Source: Geosiphon pyriformis uo1
Lineage: Eukaryota; Fungi; Glomeromycota
Length of the DNA stretch: 64,000 nt
Direction of reading: 5' to 3'
Assembly (NCBI GenBank): GCA_016748015.1
Contig: JAAOMT010000570.1
Coordinates: 376,043-440,042 of the forward strand
Position 1 is the stretch's first letter; each line of letters opens with the position of its first letter. The position numbers and the translations under genes are program-made. Positions 26,207 through 39,516 of this stretch are shown here, one piece after another. Under the pieces are notes generated by a model. The model saw only the letters and a list, made by a program, of their open reading frames with translations. It made no database searches and was not told the origin of the DNA.

Positions 26207-27210
26207 NNNNNNNNNNNNNNNNNNNNAATTGAAAAAACAATACAAGAAATCTTGCCCATAGACAAAAACTTGTCATATAGAAGACAACTAGAACTTTATG
26301 GTCATCTTGGTGAAATCATAGAAGACATGAAGCTCATGAAGAAAACAACTTCAGAGATACAAGTGGAAATTTTGGGCATTATATGATTGGATGTCCCAAG
26401 AGTTTTGACCATTGCTAGAAGAGCCAGAACTCTAATACAAAGATTTGGTCTCTTGGATACAAAGCTTATTTCGTCTCAAGTACTATATACTCTATCCACA
26501 AAAGACTTTAACAAACTAGTTAGTTTTGAGTTAGACAAAACCCTTCACATAGACTATTTCATAAATAGTTTGATTTCGCCAGAGCTCAATCTCTTTGGAG
26601 AGGATAATGTTATGGTTGAAACACATAGTTTTTATTAATTATCACATGTATTAGCCACTGATGTCATATAATTAGCCACCCTATTTTTTGATAGTGATCA
26701 TTGACCTGATCATTGACTTGATCAATGACCTGATCATTGACCTGATCATTGACCTGATCATTGACCTGATCATTGACCTGGTCGTTGACCACTATAGATA
26801 GCTATATAAGCGATGATTCTCTTAGCTGTAGAAAGACATGATCAAAGTAATGAAATAAAACAATATCAATTACTTCCTCTCATAATTGCTTATTCTCCTT
26901 TCCTTACCTTCAAGTATCTACTTGTTGGCATTCACATACCTTATCTTTTCCCTTTCTTGATTTGTATTTGTTAGAATTAGTCTGAGAAGCAATTGGCTTG
27001 CTCTTGTAATTTATTGAATAAAGNNNNNNNNNNNNNNNNNNNNNNNNNNNNNNNNNNNNNNNNNNNNNNNNNNNNNNNNNNNNNNNNNNNNNNNNNNNNN
27101 NNNNNNNNNNNNNNNNNNNNNNNNNNNNNNNNNNNNNNNNNNNNNNNNNNNNNNNNNNNNNNNNNNNNNNNNNNNNNNNNNNNNNNNNNNNNNNNNNNNN
27201 NNNNNNNNNN

Positions 27211-27580
27211 CTTGTCATATGGAAGACAACTAGAACTCTATGGTCATCTTGGTGAAATCATAGAAGACATGAAGCTTATGAAGAAAACAACTTCAGAGAT
27301 ACAAGTGGAAATTTTGGGCATTATACGATTGGATGTCCCAAGAGTTTTGACCATTGCTAAAAGAGCCAGAACTCTTATACAAAGATTTGGTCTCTTGGAT
27401 ACAAAGCTTATTTTGCCTAAAGTACTATATACTCTATCCACAAAAGACTTCAACAAACTAGTTAGTTTTGAGTTAGACAAAACTCTTCACATAGACTATC
27501 CCATAAATAGTTTGATTTCGCCAGAGCTCAATCTCTTTGGAGAGGATGATGTTATGGTTGAAACACATAGTTTTTATTAA
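27211..27580 (+). pseudogene. A2 ORF3 3' part (near-duplicate at 26227-26638)
   Basis: LSYGRQLELYGHLGEIIEDMK...DDVMVETHSFY. Confidence 0.8.
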
Positions 27581-30500
27581 TTATCACATGTATTAGCCAC
27601 TGATGTCATATAATTAGCCACCCTATTTTTAGATAGTAATTGTTGACCTGATCAATGACCTGACTGTTGATCTGATCATTGACCTGATCATTGACCTGAT
27701 CATTGACCTGGTCATTGACCTGATCATTGATCTGGTCATTGACCATTTTAGATAACTATATAAGTGATAATTCCCTTAGCTGTAGAAAGACATGATCAAA
27801 GTAACGAAATAAACAATATCAATTACTTCCTTTCATAATCGCTTATTCCCCTTTCCTTACCTTCAAATATCTATTTGTTGGCATTCACATACCTTATCTT
27901 TTCCCTTTCTTGATTTGTATTTGTTAGAATTAGCCTGAGAAGCAATTGGTTTGTTCTTGTAATTCATTGAATAAAGAAACGATTGAAAAGCACAATAATA
28001 CCTGTTATTGATTCTAAGAATCGCCGAGTTGAGGCATAGAATAATAGCAGCGGTGTTATCTTGTTGACAATCATGGACTATTTTTCTACCTTCAGATTTA
28101 AGAAAAGATTAGCAACTGTGATTTTTATGAGACTGATCATGCACATTGAATTCCTACTTATTCAATTCACTTCTTTATTGTAATTCCTTCTTTGTTTATT
28201 TCCATCACCCTACAATACTGTTCTCCCTTGCTATCCGTTAGCTTGTTACTCCAACCTGTAACAATATCATCAACAGATATGTTTCCATCAATTGTAACAT
28301 TAGCATTTAAATGATTCTCATTCCAAAGTAGACAAAGGAAAACAGAATTATTAGGACCATATGGTAAATACTTTAAGGGATTTAATTCACAATCATCAAC
28401 TCCATCAGGACTTTGATTACCACCACCTCCACCAGATTTCAGAATCTCTGATCCGTGGAAAGCAGCAAAATCAGAAAAAGAGGAAAAAGAATCAGAGGAT
28501 CAAGAATTAACTTACCAGAACCCAATCACTGAAAACCTAGAAATTGAAACCCCAAATTTTCAAACTCAGCAAAATCTAAATCTAGAAAATTCAAAAATCA
28601 AAACTCTGAATCATCAAAGACAGAACAATCCAAACCCCGAATTAATTAATCAGCAGAACTTACCTTCAGTAATTGTTATCAATCAACTGCTGATTAATCC
28701 CATAGCCAAACTCATACAACAGCCACCTCAACTACCACCCCAACAACCAGTACAACAACAACTGCTTCAACAGCCACCACAACCACCTAACTTAGATCCA
28801 ATGGTCTATGCACCAATTGCAAAACTTGACAACTTTACTGGCGAAGAAGATGATGTTCAAGTATGGCTGAATAATGTAGAAAAGGCCATCACAGCCAACG
28901 GATGGAATGATGCCCAAGCAATGCAAGCCATTCCCTATTTTCTCAAGAATACCACCAATTCATGGTATCAAAGCTTGGTTAATAAACCACAAGATTTCAA
29001 TGCCTTCAAAGTGGAATTCTTAAGATACTTTAGCAATAATAACAGCATTAATTGCCTAGTCAATACATTTACCACCATAAAACAAAGAGAAACTGAAGCA
29101 ATCACCACTTACCTGAGATGCTTTCATCGAAATTTGCGCCAAATTCAAGCAATTGATGCCAACTATTTCACAGCCCCACAGATACTCAACCAGTTTATCC
29201 ATAGCCTGCGCAGCAGCATCTTGCAACATGTACGTCCGTTGTATCCAGGCACTCTTCAAAACACAATCACATGCACCAGGGATTTTGAATCCGCTGAGTC
29301 AGAAACTAACCATGCCCAAGCCATTAATCTAGTAATAAATGGATCATCTGAATTGGATTCCAAATTGGAGAAGTTCAGTGAATTAATTAAAAAGAGATTG
29401 GAAAGATACTTAGCTAACAATCATGCCATTTATTAGCCTCCACAATGACGCAATAATCATGGAAACTCTAATCATGTCCAAAATCAACCACGTTTATCTT
29501 CATTGACCAATTAACAGTGGCAACAGGAAATGCATATCTGCCATTATTGTGGTAAACAAAAACATATCCAAATTGACTGTCGTCAGCATTTAAATAACCA
29601 ACGATTGGGAAATCAATATCGGAACCCCAATTGCCGGTTCCAAACTCCAAATCAGTACCCAAATCAAAACCAACCTGCTTACCTACCAGTGATGCAGTCA
29701 TCAGTCTATCAACCTCCAGTGTATCAAGCTCCAATCTATTAATAACAGCCACAAGTAATTTATTAACAACCGCAGCCACAAATAATCTATCAGCCCCAAC
29801 AAATCCAAACACCACCCCAAAGCTTACCACCCAATGGAATCCAAAGACCGAGAATGACTCAACAGTGCTGGAGATTGGTGATGGTAGTTCATCAACTGAT
29901 CCCCAGTTCTTCACAGCAACCATCTGGATTACACAGGTGGAATTCGGGTACTGGTCAACCCCAGAACTATTTAAGTCTCCTGGTCACCCCAGAAGACGCC
30001 TCAACCAATAATCCGGTATTCGCCCAAAAACAACCACTCACCAGTAATATCTCACCTGCTACTATCACCAAAGATGAGTCTTTGGCTACTATATTCTCAT
30101 TCAAATTTGAGGAAACAACTGCAACGCCATTATTTAGTGGAAGCCAAACCAATCACTGCAATGTACACTGACGCCAAAGTCGAGGAACAATTCATCAAAT
30201 TGATCCTTGACAGTGGTTCAGCAGGCAGCATTATCACATAACAACTCATGGATCAATTAGGTTGCCAAGTTGATCGAGCTGTCAGCGCCAGAATCATCAC
30301 AGCCAACTGAGCAATCAAAACTCCAATTAGCAAAATCAACAACTTCCCTTTTAAAGTCAATGGCATTGTGACTCCCATTAAAGTTCTAGTGATAAAAGCC
30401 ACTCAATACCAAGCTTTCGTTAATAATGACTGGTTATCCAAAGTCAACGCGATGTTAGACTGGAACACCCAGAAACTCCAGCTAACATATTAGGGCCAAC

Positions 30501-31768
30501 ACATATGTGTACCAGCCATGTGTGGCCATTTCAAGACTTTTCCAAAAGAGAAACTATTGATCAAACTAGAGAAGGAGAAAGAGAAACCTACCTGAAAAGC
30601 TTATCAAGTCTCCTGGGCTGACACTGACCACAACAAACTACCACTGATACTCTCGTGGAATGACAACCTTAAGGGAAAGCAAAAAGAAGAACTGATCTGA
30701 GAAACAGACAATTTGACCTGAACTAACAACGAACAGGAAAAACCATTGAGTTGGGAGTGGAAAGAAGAAAAAGGAAAAGGGAAAGAAAGGGAGGAAAAAA
30801 ACACTCAAGCCAACAACACTTATATTCTATACACCAATGGTCAACAATGATCATCGATTTATTGCCAACCCAAACTGATATGCATTGATTGCAGCAAAAA
30901 ATTGTCGTCAATGAGCGCATGCTGTGGCGACGATGAAGAATATCAGACAGCAACCAAGTTCTATTCTCGCACATGCCATGTCAAATGTTTTGGAAGACCA
31001 AAACGAATGGGAAAATGGGATAATACACCATGTATAGCCTGTAGAAAAACTCTTCTTGACAAAGGAATGTAGAACAACATTCTGGGGAGAGGAGGAACAT
31101 GCGATATGTTCTGCCAATACATGATCCTCATTAGCGACTGGTTTAAGAAAAGAACACTCATAGAAGCTGCCTAGAGAAAAGCTGTACAGCAACTGAACAG
31201 TTGTCCACATGACGACGACAAAATTTGGAGGATAGCAATCACCAAAATTGAAGGCACATCACTAGAAGAAATTAGGACAATTAAAAACAACCCACTAGAA
31301 CCCATTGAACTTGACTGGGATACAGAGCCAGTCATAAATTTTCTGGAACCAGAAGAGTTCCATGAACACTATCAAAACTTGGCACTCACTAAAGAAGAGC
31401 AAGAACAATGGCTAACACAGTTAAATACTAGACTGTATTACCATTGTTTAATTCCCACTGACTTTGAATATTGTAATGATTGTGATCTTATTTACAATTC
31501 ACCACCATGCATGATCTACATGATCCCTAAAGAAGAAGAACCAATCAACAGCTGTGCTTTGGAATTAGAATCACTGATCAAGCGCAATCCAGACTCTGAC
31601 AATGACGACAAAAACACTGGTTCCAGCTCTATTTAAAATAACAATAACAACAAAGACAATTCAAACTCAGATTCAAACTCTAATTTAAACTATGAACAAT
31701 ACATTGCACTACCAGATCTCTCCAAAGAACAAGAGTTGAAATAGTATAATAACAATGGGGAAGGTATT

Positions 31769-32165
31769 ATGCCAGAACGTGTGCATGATACTGATGCAGG
31801 GTTTGATCTAAAGTATCCAGGAAAAGAGGCCATCAAATTGGAACCACATTCACGCACCTACATTGATCTGAAAGTAACACTAGAAATTCTGGCAACAACA
31901 ATGGTTCAATTAGCATCTAAGAGTAGTTTAGCAAAAAGAGGGATTAATATAAGAGGAGAAATAATTGATGTGGGATATGTAAAAAATATCATTGCTATGC
32001 TACAAAATGACTTAGAAAAAGCCTATATAATAGAGCCAAACAAAAAGATAACACAGGCAATATTTTTACCTTTGGTTAAAATAGCTCAGTTAGTACCAGT
32101 GGGAAATAAAAAAGAGTTAGGAATAACAGCAAAAGGGATACAGGGATTTGGGTCAATGGGTAGAA
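31769..32165 (+). pseudogene. dUTPase domain of element C
   Basis: All five trimeric dUTPase motifs recognisable: AGFDL, SKSSLA, IIDVGY, KITQAI, KGIQGFGSMG. Confidence 0.9.
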
Positions 32166-34062
32166 TAGATGTACCAGTTAATATGGTGAAGGAAGAAATT
32201 GTTGGCCAAGAAGAAATTATCTCAACTGGTCAAGCTATTTCCATTTCACTATATAACCAGTACATGCTAGCAATAGAAAGAAAAGAAAAAGACCAAGCAC
32301 AAATTTTTGAAGCAGAAGCCAGTCTTTGTGAATTAGGAGAAGTTGGACTTATCAATCTCCACATATCAGCAAAAAATTACAGCCACATCAAAATTCTCAT
32401 CTACAACAATACAGAAAATGTTATAAAAATACCAGCCGGAACTATTATTGGATACTTAAATACTGAAATGGAGGATCAACTACCAAACCCCATTCCAAAC
32501 TTTCCACAACTTTATAGATATGTCAATATCACATTACAAACAATATACGGACGAAGTGAATGTTATTTGCTCCAACCAGAACAATTAGAACAAATGAACA
32601 TGGGAAACTTAGATCCACTCCAACGTATGCAATTCAAGATGTTGCTCAACCAGTTCAATAACATCTTTGCCAGCGAAAATGAGTTTGGCCAAACTGACAT
32701 CATCTAGCATCAGATCAAAACTGGAGATGCAATGTCAATTAAACAAAGAGCATACAGAGTGCCACCAGTCAGCCATAAGATTATTTGTCAAGAGATAAAC
32801 TGAATGCTTGACAATGAGCTAATTCAGCCATCAATGAGCTCATGGTCATCACCAGTGGTACTTGTTTGCAAGAAAAATGGAAAGATCTGATTTTGTGTGG
32901 ACTACAGAAAACTCAATGGTGTAACTCATGGAGACAGCTATCCAACTCCACGGATACAAGAATTATTCAATGCTTTTGGCGGAAACAAATGGCTTTCAAT
33001 GTTAGACTTAGATAGTGGTTACTGACAAGTAGCCATGGATCTAGCTGACAAAGAGAAGACAGCATTCATCATGAGAGAAAGGAATTTTGAATTTGAAGTA
33101 ATGTCATTTGGTTTAACCAATACATCAGCCACTTTCCAATGGCTAATGGAAATTGTCTATACTGGCTTATTGTGGAAATCAGTAGTTGTATACTTGGACA
33201 ACACCAATGTATTTTCAAAAACATTTGATGATCATCTTCATCATCTTCAACAAGTGTTCGAAAGACTAAGAAGAGCAGGGCTAAAGTTAAATGCAACAAA
33301 GTGCTTCTTTGGCAAGACAGAGCTAAAATTCTTAAGACACATAGTCAGCAAAGATAGTATCAAAACAGATCCAAAGAAAATAGAGATAGTAAAGAACTTT
33401 CCAGTGCCGACCAATATGACAGAACTGAAATTATTCTTGGGATTTGCCAGCTACTATCAACATTTTATCAAGAACTTTTCCAAGATAGTGCAGCCACTTA
33501 ACCAACTGCAAACCAAGAATACCAAATATGAATGAGCAGAAAGTTAACAAGAAGCTTTTGACATTTTAAAAAGAAAGCTCATTTAAGCTTCAGTACTGAT
33601 TTATCCAGATCACAGCAAACCATTCATCATCACCACCGATGTATCTGGCCAAGTATTGGGAGCAGTATTATCTCAGAGAGGACTAGACGGCAGAGAACAT
33701 CCAGTAGCATATGCCAGCAGAGATTTAACACCAGCCGAAAAGAACTATGGAACACCGGAACAAGAACACTTAGCAATATACTGAGCAGTCATAAAATAGA
33801 AAAAATACTTGAGCCAGAAGTTTGAAGTATACACAGATCACAAAGGATTAACATCACTCCAAAAACAAAAATTTGAAGATAGAAGACAGTCAAAATAGAA
33901 AATGGCATTCGCACTATACAATTATACTATACATTACAAAAAAAGAAAAGACAACAGAAATGCTGATGGTTTGTCGCGAATGAGACAAATCTAAGAACAT
34001 TTCAACACAAAAAAAAAAATATAACAAAACCAGAACAATACTAACGAAAAATATAACAAAAG

Positions 34063-35445
34063 ATGAACATACAAAAATATCAACAACTGCAACATTATAT
34101 AAACACTCAACAGTTCAAGGAGAATTTATCTCAAATGGAACAAAAGAGTATCAGACAACAATCAAAATATTTTATCACTTACCAAAATATACTTTATTGG
34201 AAAAATAGAAAAAATCCAGATCAACCAACCAGAGTAGTTACAGAACCAGAAAAAGAGACAATATTATTTAACATGCACTCAAATCCAACAGCAAGACATT
34301 TTCACAAAGAAGCAACCATGGAAAGAACCAGAAAAAGATACTATTGGCCATCAATGTATTCAGACATTATCCAATATGTTCAGAATTGTAATGCTTGTCA
34401 ATGAAGAGGAGGTATAAAACCCAGTAAACTGTTAAGACCAATCAAAGTAGGACAACCATTCAACTATGTTGGAATTGATCTAGTCAGACCATTAACAATT
34501 ACCAGTGGAGGAAACAGGTACATAGCAGTAGCTATGGACTATCTCACTAAATGGCCAGAGGTGAAAGCAATTCAAAGAGCAGATGCAGAATCCATTGCCA
34601 AATTCGTTAATCAGAATTTGATCTGTCGACATGGATGTCCAAAAGAATTATTATCAGACCAAGGAACTCATTTTGTGAACAAAACATTAACAGAATTGAG
34701 CCAAAGATTCGAAATTAAGAGACCACTATTATCACCATACCATCCACAAACCAATGGATTAGTCAAAAGATTCAACAGAACATTGTGTGAAGCAATAGCT
34801 AAACTCAGCCAAGAAAACCAGGACAATTGGGATTTGTTGATACCATCAGTATTATTTGCTTATCGGACAATAAAGCAAGATATTACACAAGCAACACTAT
34901 TTGAATTAGTATATGATAGAACAACAACACTACCAGTGGAAATAGAAGTCAGTACATACCCAACTGAACCAATAACAGAAGAGAATTTCAAAAATACATT
35001 GTTAAGAAGAACATATGACTTAATAGAAACATTAGAAAACAAATGATGAAGAGCAGCTGATAACATACAAAAGTCACAAGAGAAACAAAAAGAAAGACAT
35101 AATAACCAACTACCAGATAAACCAGTTGAATTCAGGATTGAAGACAAAGTACTACTACATTGTACCAAAGCGGAAAAACAATGGAGTGGAAAATTTGACC
35201 CCAAATGGGATGGATCATTTTACATAGAAGAAATTCTAGGAAATGGAGCTTACAAATTAAGACTGGATAACAAAATTTTAACCAAAGCAGTATATGGAGA
35301 TCAACTGAAACCATACCACAACATCACCCTACCATCTACCAGTAATATTCCACAATTAAGAGTACAGAGAATACTAGTTCAACCAGATAAGATTCCACGA
35401 GATCTGAAACCAATCATTATCATTGACAACAACACGTCTAATTGA
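34063..35445 (+). pseudogene. C integrase (separate ORF)
   Basis: Own ATG after a 68-nt spacer; HHCC, core motifs, GPY/F tail; ends LKPIIIIDNNTSN*. Confidence 0.9.
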
Positions 35446-35468
35446 TTGACAAAAAAATATATAAGAAC

Positions 35469-36128
35469 ATGGCAGATGCAACAGAAAATATCAGAAAAAT
35501 GGAAATTACAGACAACATTCACTCACTAGCACAATAACTCTTTCAATTGATCCAACACCAGGAAATGGAGATTACAATCAATTAACAAACCATTCGATAT
35601 CAAGATACTAGAAAGACATTGCAACCCAGAACACAGAAGAAAACTGAAAATACTGTGGACAAAATTATTGCAAAAGTAAAATTAGCAATAGAAGAACCAA
35701 CAAAAGAATCACTATATTAAGAGTTGACTAAAAAAACTTGGAATTGGTAGATACAACAATTTCCACAAAACTATTGTTATTTTTACTTGCGACAACATGT
35801 AAATATCCAGAATCTATATACAGATAAAACAAAGCAACTATTTGACAAAAGAATACTACAATAATTAGAATATTTTGTGAGAAAAAACAACTTATCCACA
35901 CAGATCTGAGCTATATACTGAATACACACAGTATTTCAGGATAGACCAGAAATCCTATTCAATAAAGCAATGGATATGGTTACCAGTAATCAATTGGGAA
36001 AAATCACCAATGCTCAATTTGAAGAATTACAGACCCAAATAACACAAGTAATTCTCGAAAATGAAATCCAGGAAATACTTCAAGAGAGGAAATTAAATAA
36101 GTTGGATTTCAACGGAGCTCAATATTAA
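35469..36128 (+). pseudogene. C accessory ORF3
   Basis: MADATENIRKMEIT...YCYFYLR...NQLGKITNAQFEEL...; decayed. Confidence 0.7.
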
Positions 36129-37615
36129 AAAGAGGGAATAATATTATTCATAGAATATAGGAAATATAATATTATTAGTCAATAGATATTAGCCAATCAA
36201 AAGTAGGCGTAGTAAATGTGGAATTCCAGAATTCCTCTCAGGAATTGCAAGATTCCAGAAATTTCAGGATTCCCTGACAAGGAATTGCAGGATTCCAGAA
36301 TTCCAAGATTCCTCTCAAAGGAATTGCAGGATTCCAGGAATTCCAAGATTCCTGTCGTAAAGAATTGAGGAATTGAGGAATCTCAATTATGTATATATAG
36401 CAGTAGGATTAGAAGCTGAAAAGACAGATCTCTTAGTTTTAGATTTAATCTAAGCAACATTCCAGTTTCTAATCATCAAATAAATAATTATTCCATATCT
36501 CAACCCACTTTTTACTATCAACATGAAGTGTTGATAGTAATTGATACTTAACTACACTGGAACAATAACTCTTAATCATGGCTATTGATGAGATATTAAC
36601 ATACCAAATTGCCTTGGCTTATTTTCTCTATTTTTTTTATTTTATTTTTTTTATTTTTTATTTTCTTTATTTTATTTTCTTTCTTTTTTGATTTTGTTGT
36701 TGTATACTAATTGATTAAAAAATTAAGCACTGAATTATTGACGTCAAGGATAGCCTGGTAAAAAACCCAGAAATAAGGGTAAGATTTTATATATATTATC
36801 AGATAGCTTACCAGAAGACCATGACTGTCAGACTAAATCCAGCCACCACACTGAGAAAGAAATTGGAAAAACTCTTGGAAAGATACATCTACTATCAACA
36901 CTATTGAATCTCTGTCCATTATACAAAGGACTCCATTAAAACCTTCAGATACAACACTTGCAAAACTCCATCCACAGAAGTAGCTTTTGAGCACCGAATT
37001 ACGGGTTTGTTATTTAATTCAACAGCAGAAATAATCACCTGTAATATCACTATACTTTTCAAGAATAACCAGAGGATCTGAAGGTAAAGGAATAGTCTGT
37101 ACTGTTAACAAATGATCATACCTGGTACAATTTCTATGTCTTATGTTGGCATTCTTAGAATTTAATATCAAGTATTAGATGTACTCTTCAGTTACATTTT
37201 ATTCAATAATATTCAAATGCTGCAATTACACGTTTCAGGAAAAGGGTAGGAAATAATCAACAAGTAATCTTTTATCTTTAAGATGTTCAGATACTTGAAA
37301 GTAGGGAAAGGGAAATTAGTGATAAGAAAGAAATTGAGATGAAAGTTTTTATTTTTATTTATTTGATTTTCTTGATTTTTTCATTTTTCATACTTTTCTA
37401 CAGTTTAAGAGATTTATCACTTATATAGCTATCAAAAGTGGTTAATTATTAAGTCAACAACTAGGTCAATAATCAGATTAATAATCAGGTCAACAGTTAG
37501 GTCATTGATCAGATCAATGATTACTTACTAAAAATAGAGTGGCTAATTTATATAATATTAATGGTTAATACATGTGATAATTAATAAGAAATATAAGTTT
37601 CAACTGTAACAATAC

Positions 37616-37950
37616 TAATAAGCAAAAACAAATCACTAGAACTTATTAAATCTATTTTTATTCTAAACTTAGACATCTTTATTGACATTATAAAAAACCT
37701 AGAACAATTTTATAAATATTACCAGAATTTAATACTTATATAATAAAAACAAGAATAGTATTTAAAATAATTAAACATTTGACTTTATAAATATTGTCTA
37801 ATTTTTAGTAATTTTGAATACTATAATAATTGTGATTTTATTTACAATTTATTATTGTACATAATATATTTAATTTCCAAAAAAAAAAACCAATTAACAA
37901 TTACATCTTAGAATTAAAATCAAAATTTAATCTCAATTCAAACTTAATAA
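37616..37950 (+). pseudogene. Continuation of the old family-C-like fragment
   Basis: Similar to C at about 31270-31700; resumes after the A1 TSD. Confidence 0.6.
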
Positions 37951-38079
37951 TTTTTTTTATTTATGTATTTAATAAATGAAGTCCAACTGCTATCTAATAT
38001 ATAGAACCAAATTAAGTAATCCAAACTAAATGCAACTCATGTACTTACTACATATAACTAATTACTCAGACCAAACAAG

Positions 38080-38569
38080 ACAACATTATATATTTATACT
38101 AACATATACAGTACCACTCAGATCAAAAAAAAAATAATATGGCTTGTAATAACCAAAGCTAACAGCAAAAGACTCAATAATATTAAACAAACTGATTATA
38201 TCATCAAACAATATTGAAGACACACTATAGACAGCCTAAAAACTACACCATTATCACAAACCAAACCAATCTTCTCTATCTTCACTCTGTACTTAGACCT
38301 TATCAATCATGTCTTGGTACAATGTAATTCTACAACAAATTTCACAAATTTGACCACCCTAACAGCAGCTTTCTTTTTATTCTTAAAAATACCAAAAGTC
38401 TTTTTGCACCACTTTTTCAACACAAATCTCTTACATACTACTGTATATAAGTCAACATCTAAAGAACATTGTAAAAAAATTTACAAAACAGCAGAAAAAG
38501 ACAAATCACAAATGCCAGCCAAAGCAGACCAATATGTAAAAGTTTCAGACAAAATCTGGCCATAAACAT
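38080..38569 (-). mobile_element. Non-LTR (LINE) ORF2 3' remnant; continues at 49026-49286 and 57931-58040
   Basis: Joined translation ...IAKIWHSDFYMLA..YTYLMKAMYR.LLVAVKKRLYDK..LYLLCNKVEFLDYAFTC (decayed CCHC)...LYTVVCKRFV...; split by D and A3 with matching TSDs. Confidence 0.65.
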
Positions 38570-39516
38570 TGTTACTGGAGATTTTTAGTCTCTTCTTAGC
38601 TCTTGTATGTTTGTTGTAATGCTGTTAATTCACGACTATAGAAAGTGTTTGAACCTCTGATAACTGAATTTATCTTCAAATTATCTCCTATAATTTGAAC
38701 TGCTGGGCTTATAAGTGGAATGGCCAATTCTATGCCAGTTACTTTGTATAGTTATATTGTAGTAAATGCCAACTTTTTTCCAGGAATTGCTTGTCTGGAA
38801 GCTCATTAAAATGTGTAGTTACTTTGCTGTGAAAGTCAACCCTTCTACAGAAATCTTGTCTGTAGGCTACCCTAATAATTATAGTAAGAAAATAAAAAAA
38901 AATAAAAAAAATGTAAAAGAAATTGAATTCTGTTAAGGGAAACGTTTTTTTTATCCAGGCCTGGAGTCACTAATAGTTTACTGAAATTGGTAGCTAATCA
39001 ATTTCAAAACATTAGTTGGGTTTTGGGGATTTTCCAAGTGCAATAATAAAAAAATTTGGTTTTTTGAATTATTTGATATTTATTTCTTTTTGTGTGTGTA
39101 AAAATAGTTCTAGTGATAAAATCTAAAGTAAGATACATTTTCTCGACGAGAGAAGCTCTTTTTTTATACAACTTGTTATAATACTATTTCATAAACTTGA
39201 ACTTTGCTCTTTTCTACAATTTTGCTAAACTAAAGATATATTTCGGCGAATTACAAGTTATTTCTGCAAACTATTAGATATTTCAGTGAACTATCAATTA
39301 TTTCGGCAAATTTCTACAAATTTTGGCAAACTTTTGAATGTTACATATTTCAGGGTATTGCATGATTGATCATTGCACTTAGGTTATATTTGTGTTATGT
39401 ACAAATTGGATTATTAATTAAATGATAATTTCGGATATTTTGCTAATATAATAAGTGATAATTTGAAACAATAATATATGCTAATTAATAATAAGATTTA
39501 TAAGGGTAATTTTATG

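Larger units (their letters stand above)
20980..28263 (+). mobile_element. Ty3/Gypsy element A2 inserted in C gag
   Basis: TSD ATAT at 20976-20979 and 28264-28267; 5' LTR 20980-21597; PBS 21604-21620; 3' LTR 27550-28263, plus an extra partial LTR 26608-27023 next to a gap. Confidence 0.9.
20532..33994 (+). pseudogene. C gag-pol (Gag-PR-Cys-rich-dUTPase-RT-RNase H), interrupted by A2 at 20980-28263
   Basis: Capsid MVYAPIAKLDNFTGEEDD (28801), CHYCGKQKH knuckle, LDSGSAG, dUTPase at 31769, RT and RNase H motifs, ends ADGLSRMRQI*. Confidence 0.9.
10382..37046 (+). mobile_element. Ty3/Gypsy element C, inserted in the A1 5' LTR; contains B and A2
   Basis: TSD TCGC (10378-10381)/TCAC (37047-37050); 5' LTR 10382-11321 plus 20466-20469; 3' LTR 36142-37046; PBS 20472-20488; PPT about 36127-36141. 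Confidence 0.92.
2264..37611 (-). mobile_element. Ty3/Gypsy element A1 (family A), containing nested D solo LTR, C, B and A2
   Basis: TSD ATAC at 2260-2263 and 37612-37615; 3' LTR 2264-2930; 5' LTR split into 10230-10381 and 37051-37611; PBS 10207-10223. Confidence 0.92.

Noticed and set aside
26693-26790. CRISPR-like repeat array
   Set aside because: Head-to-tail 12-mers without spacers, inside an LTR, in eukaryotic context.
26227-27549. Tandem duplication of ORF3 plus LTR, and missing integrase core, in A2
   Set aside because: Bounded by N gaps; cannot be distinguished from scaffolding of paralogous copies.
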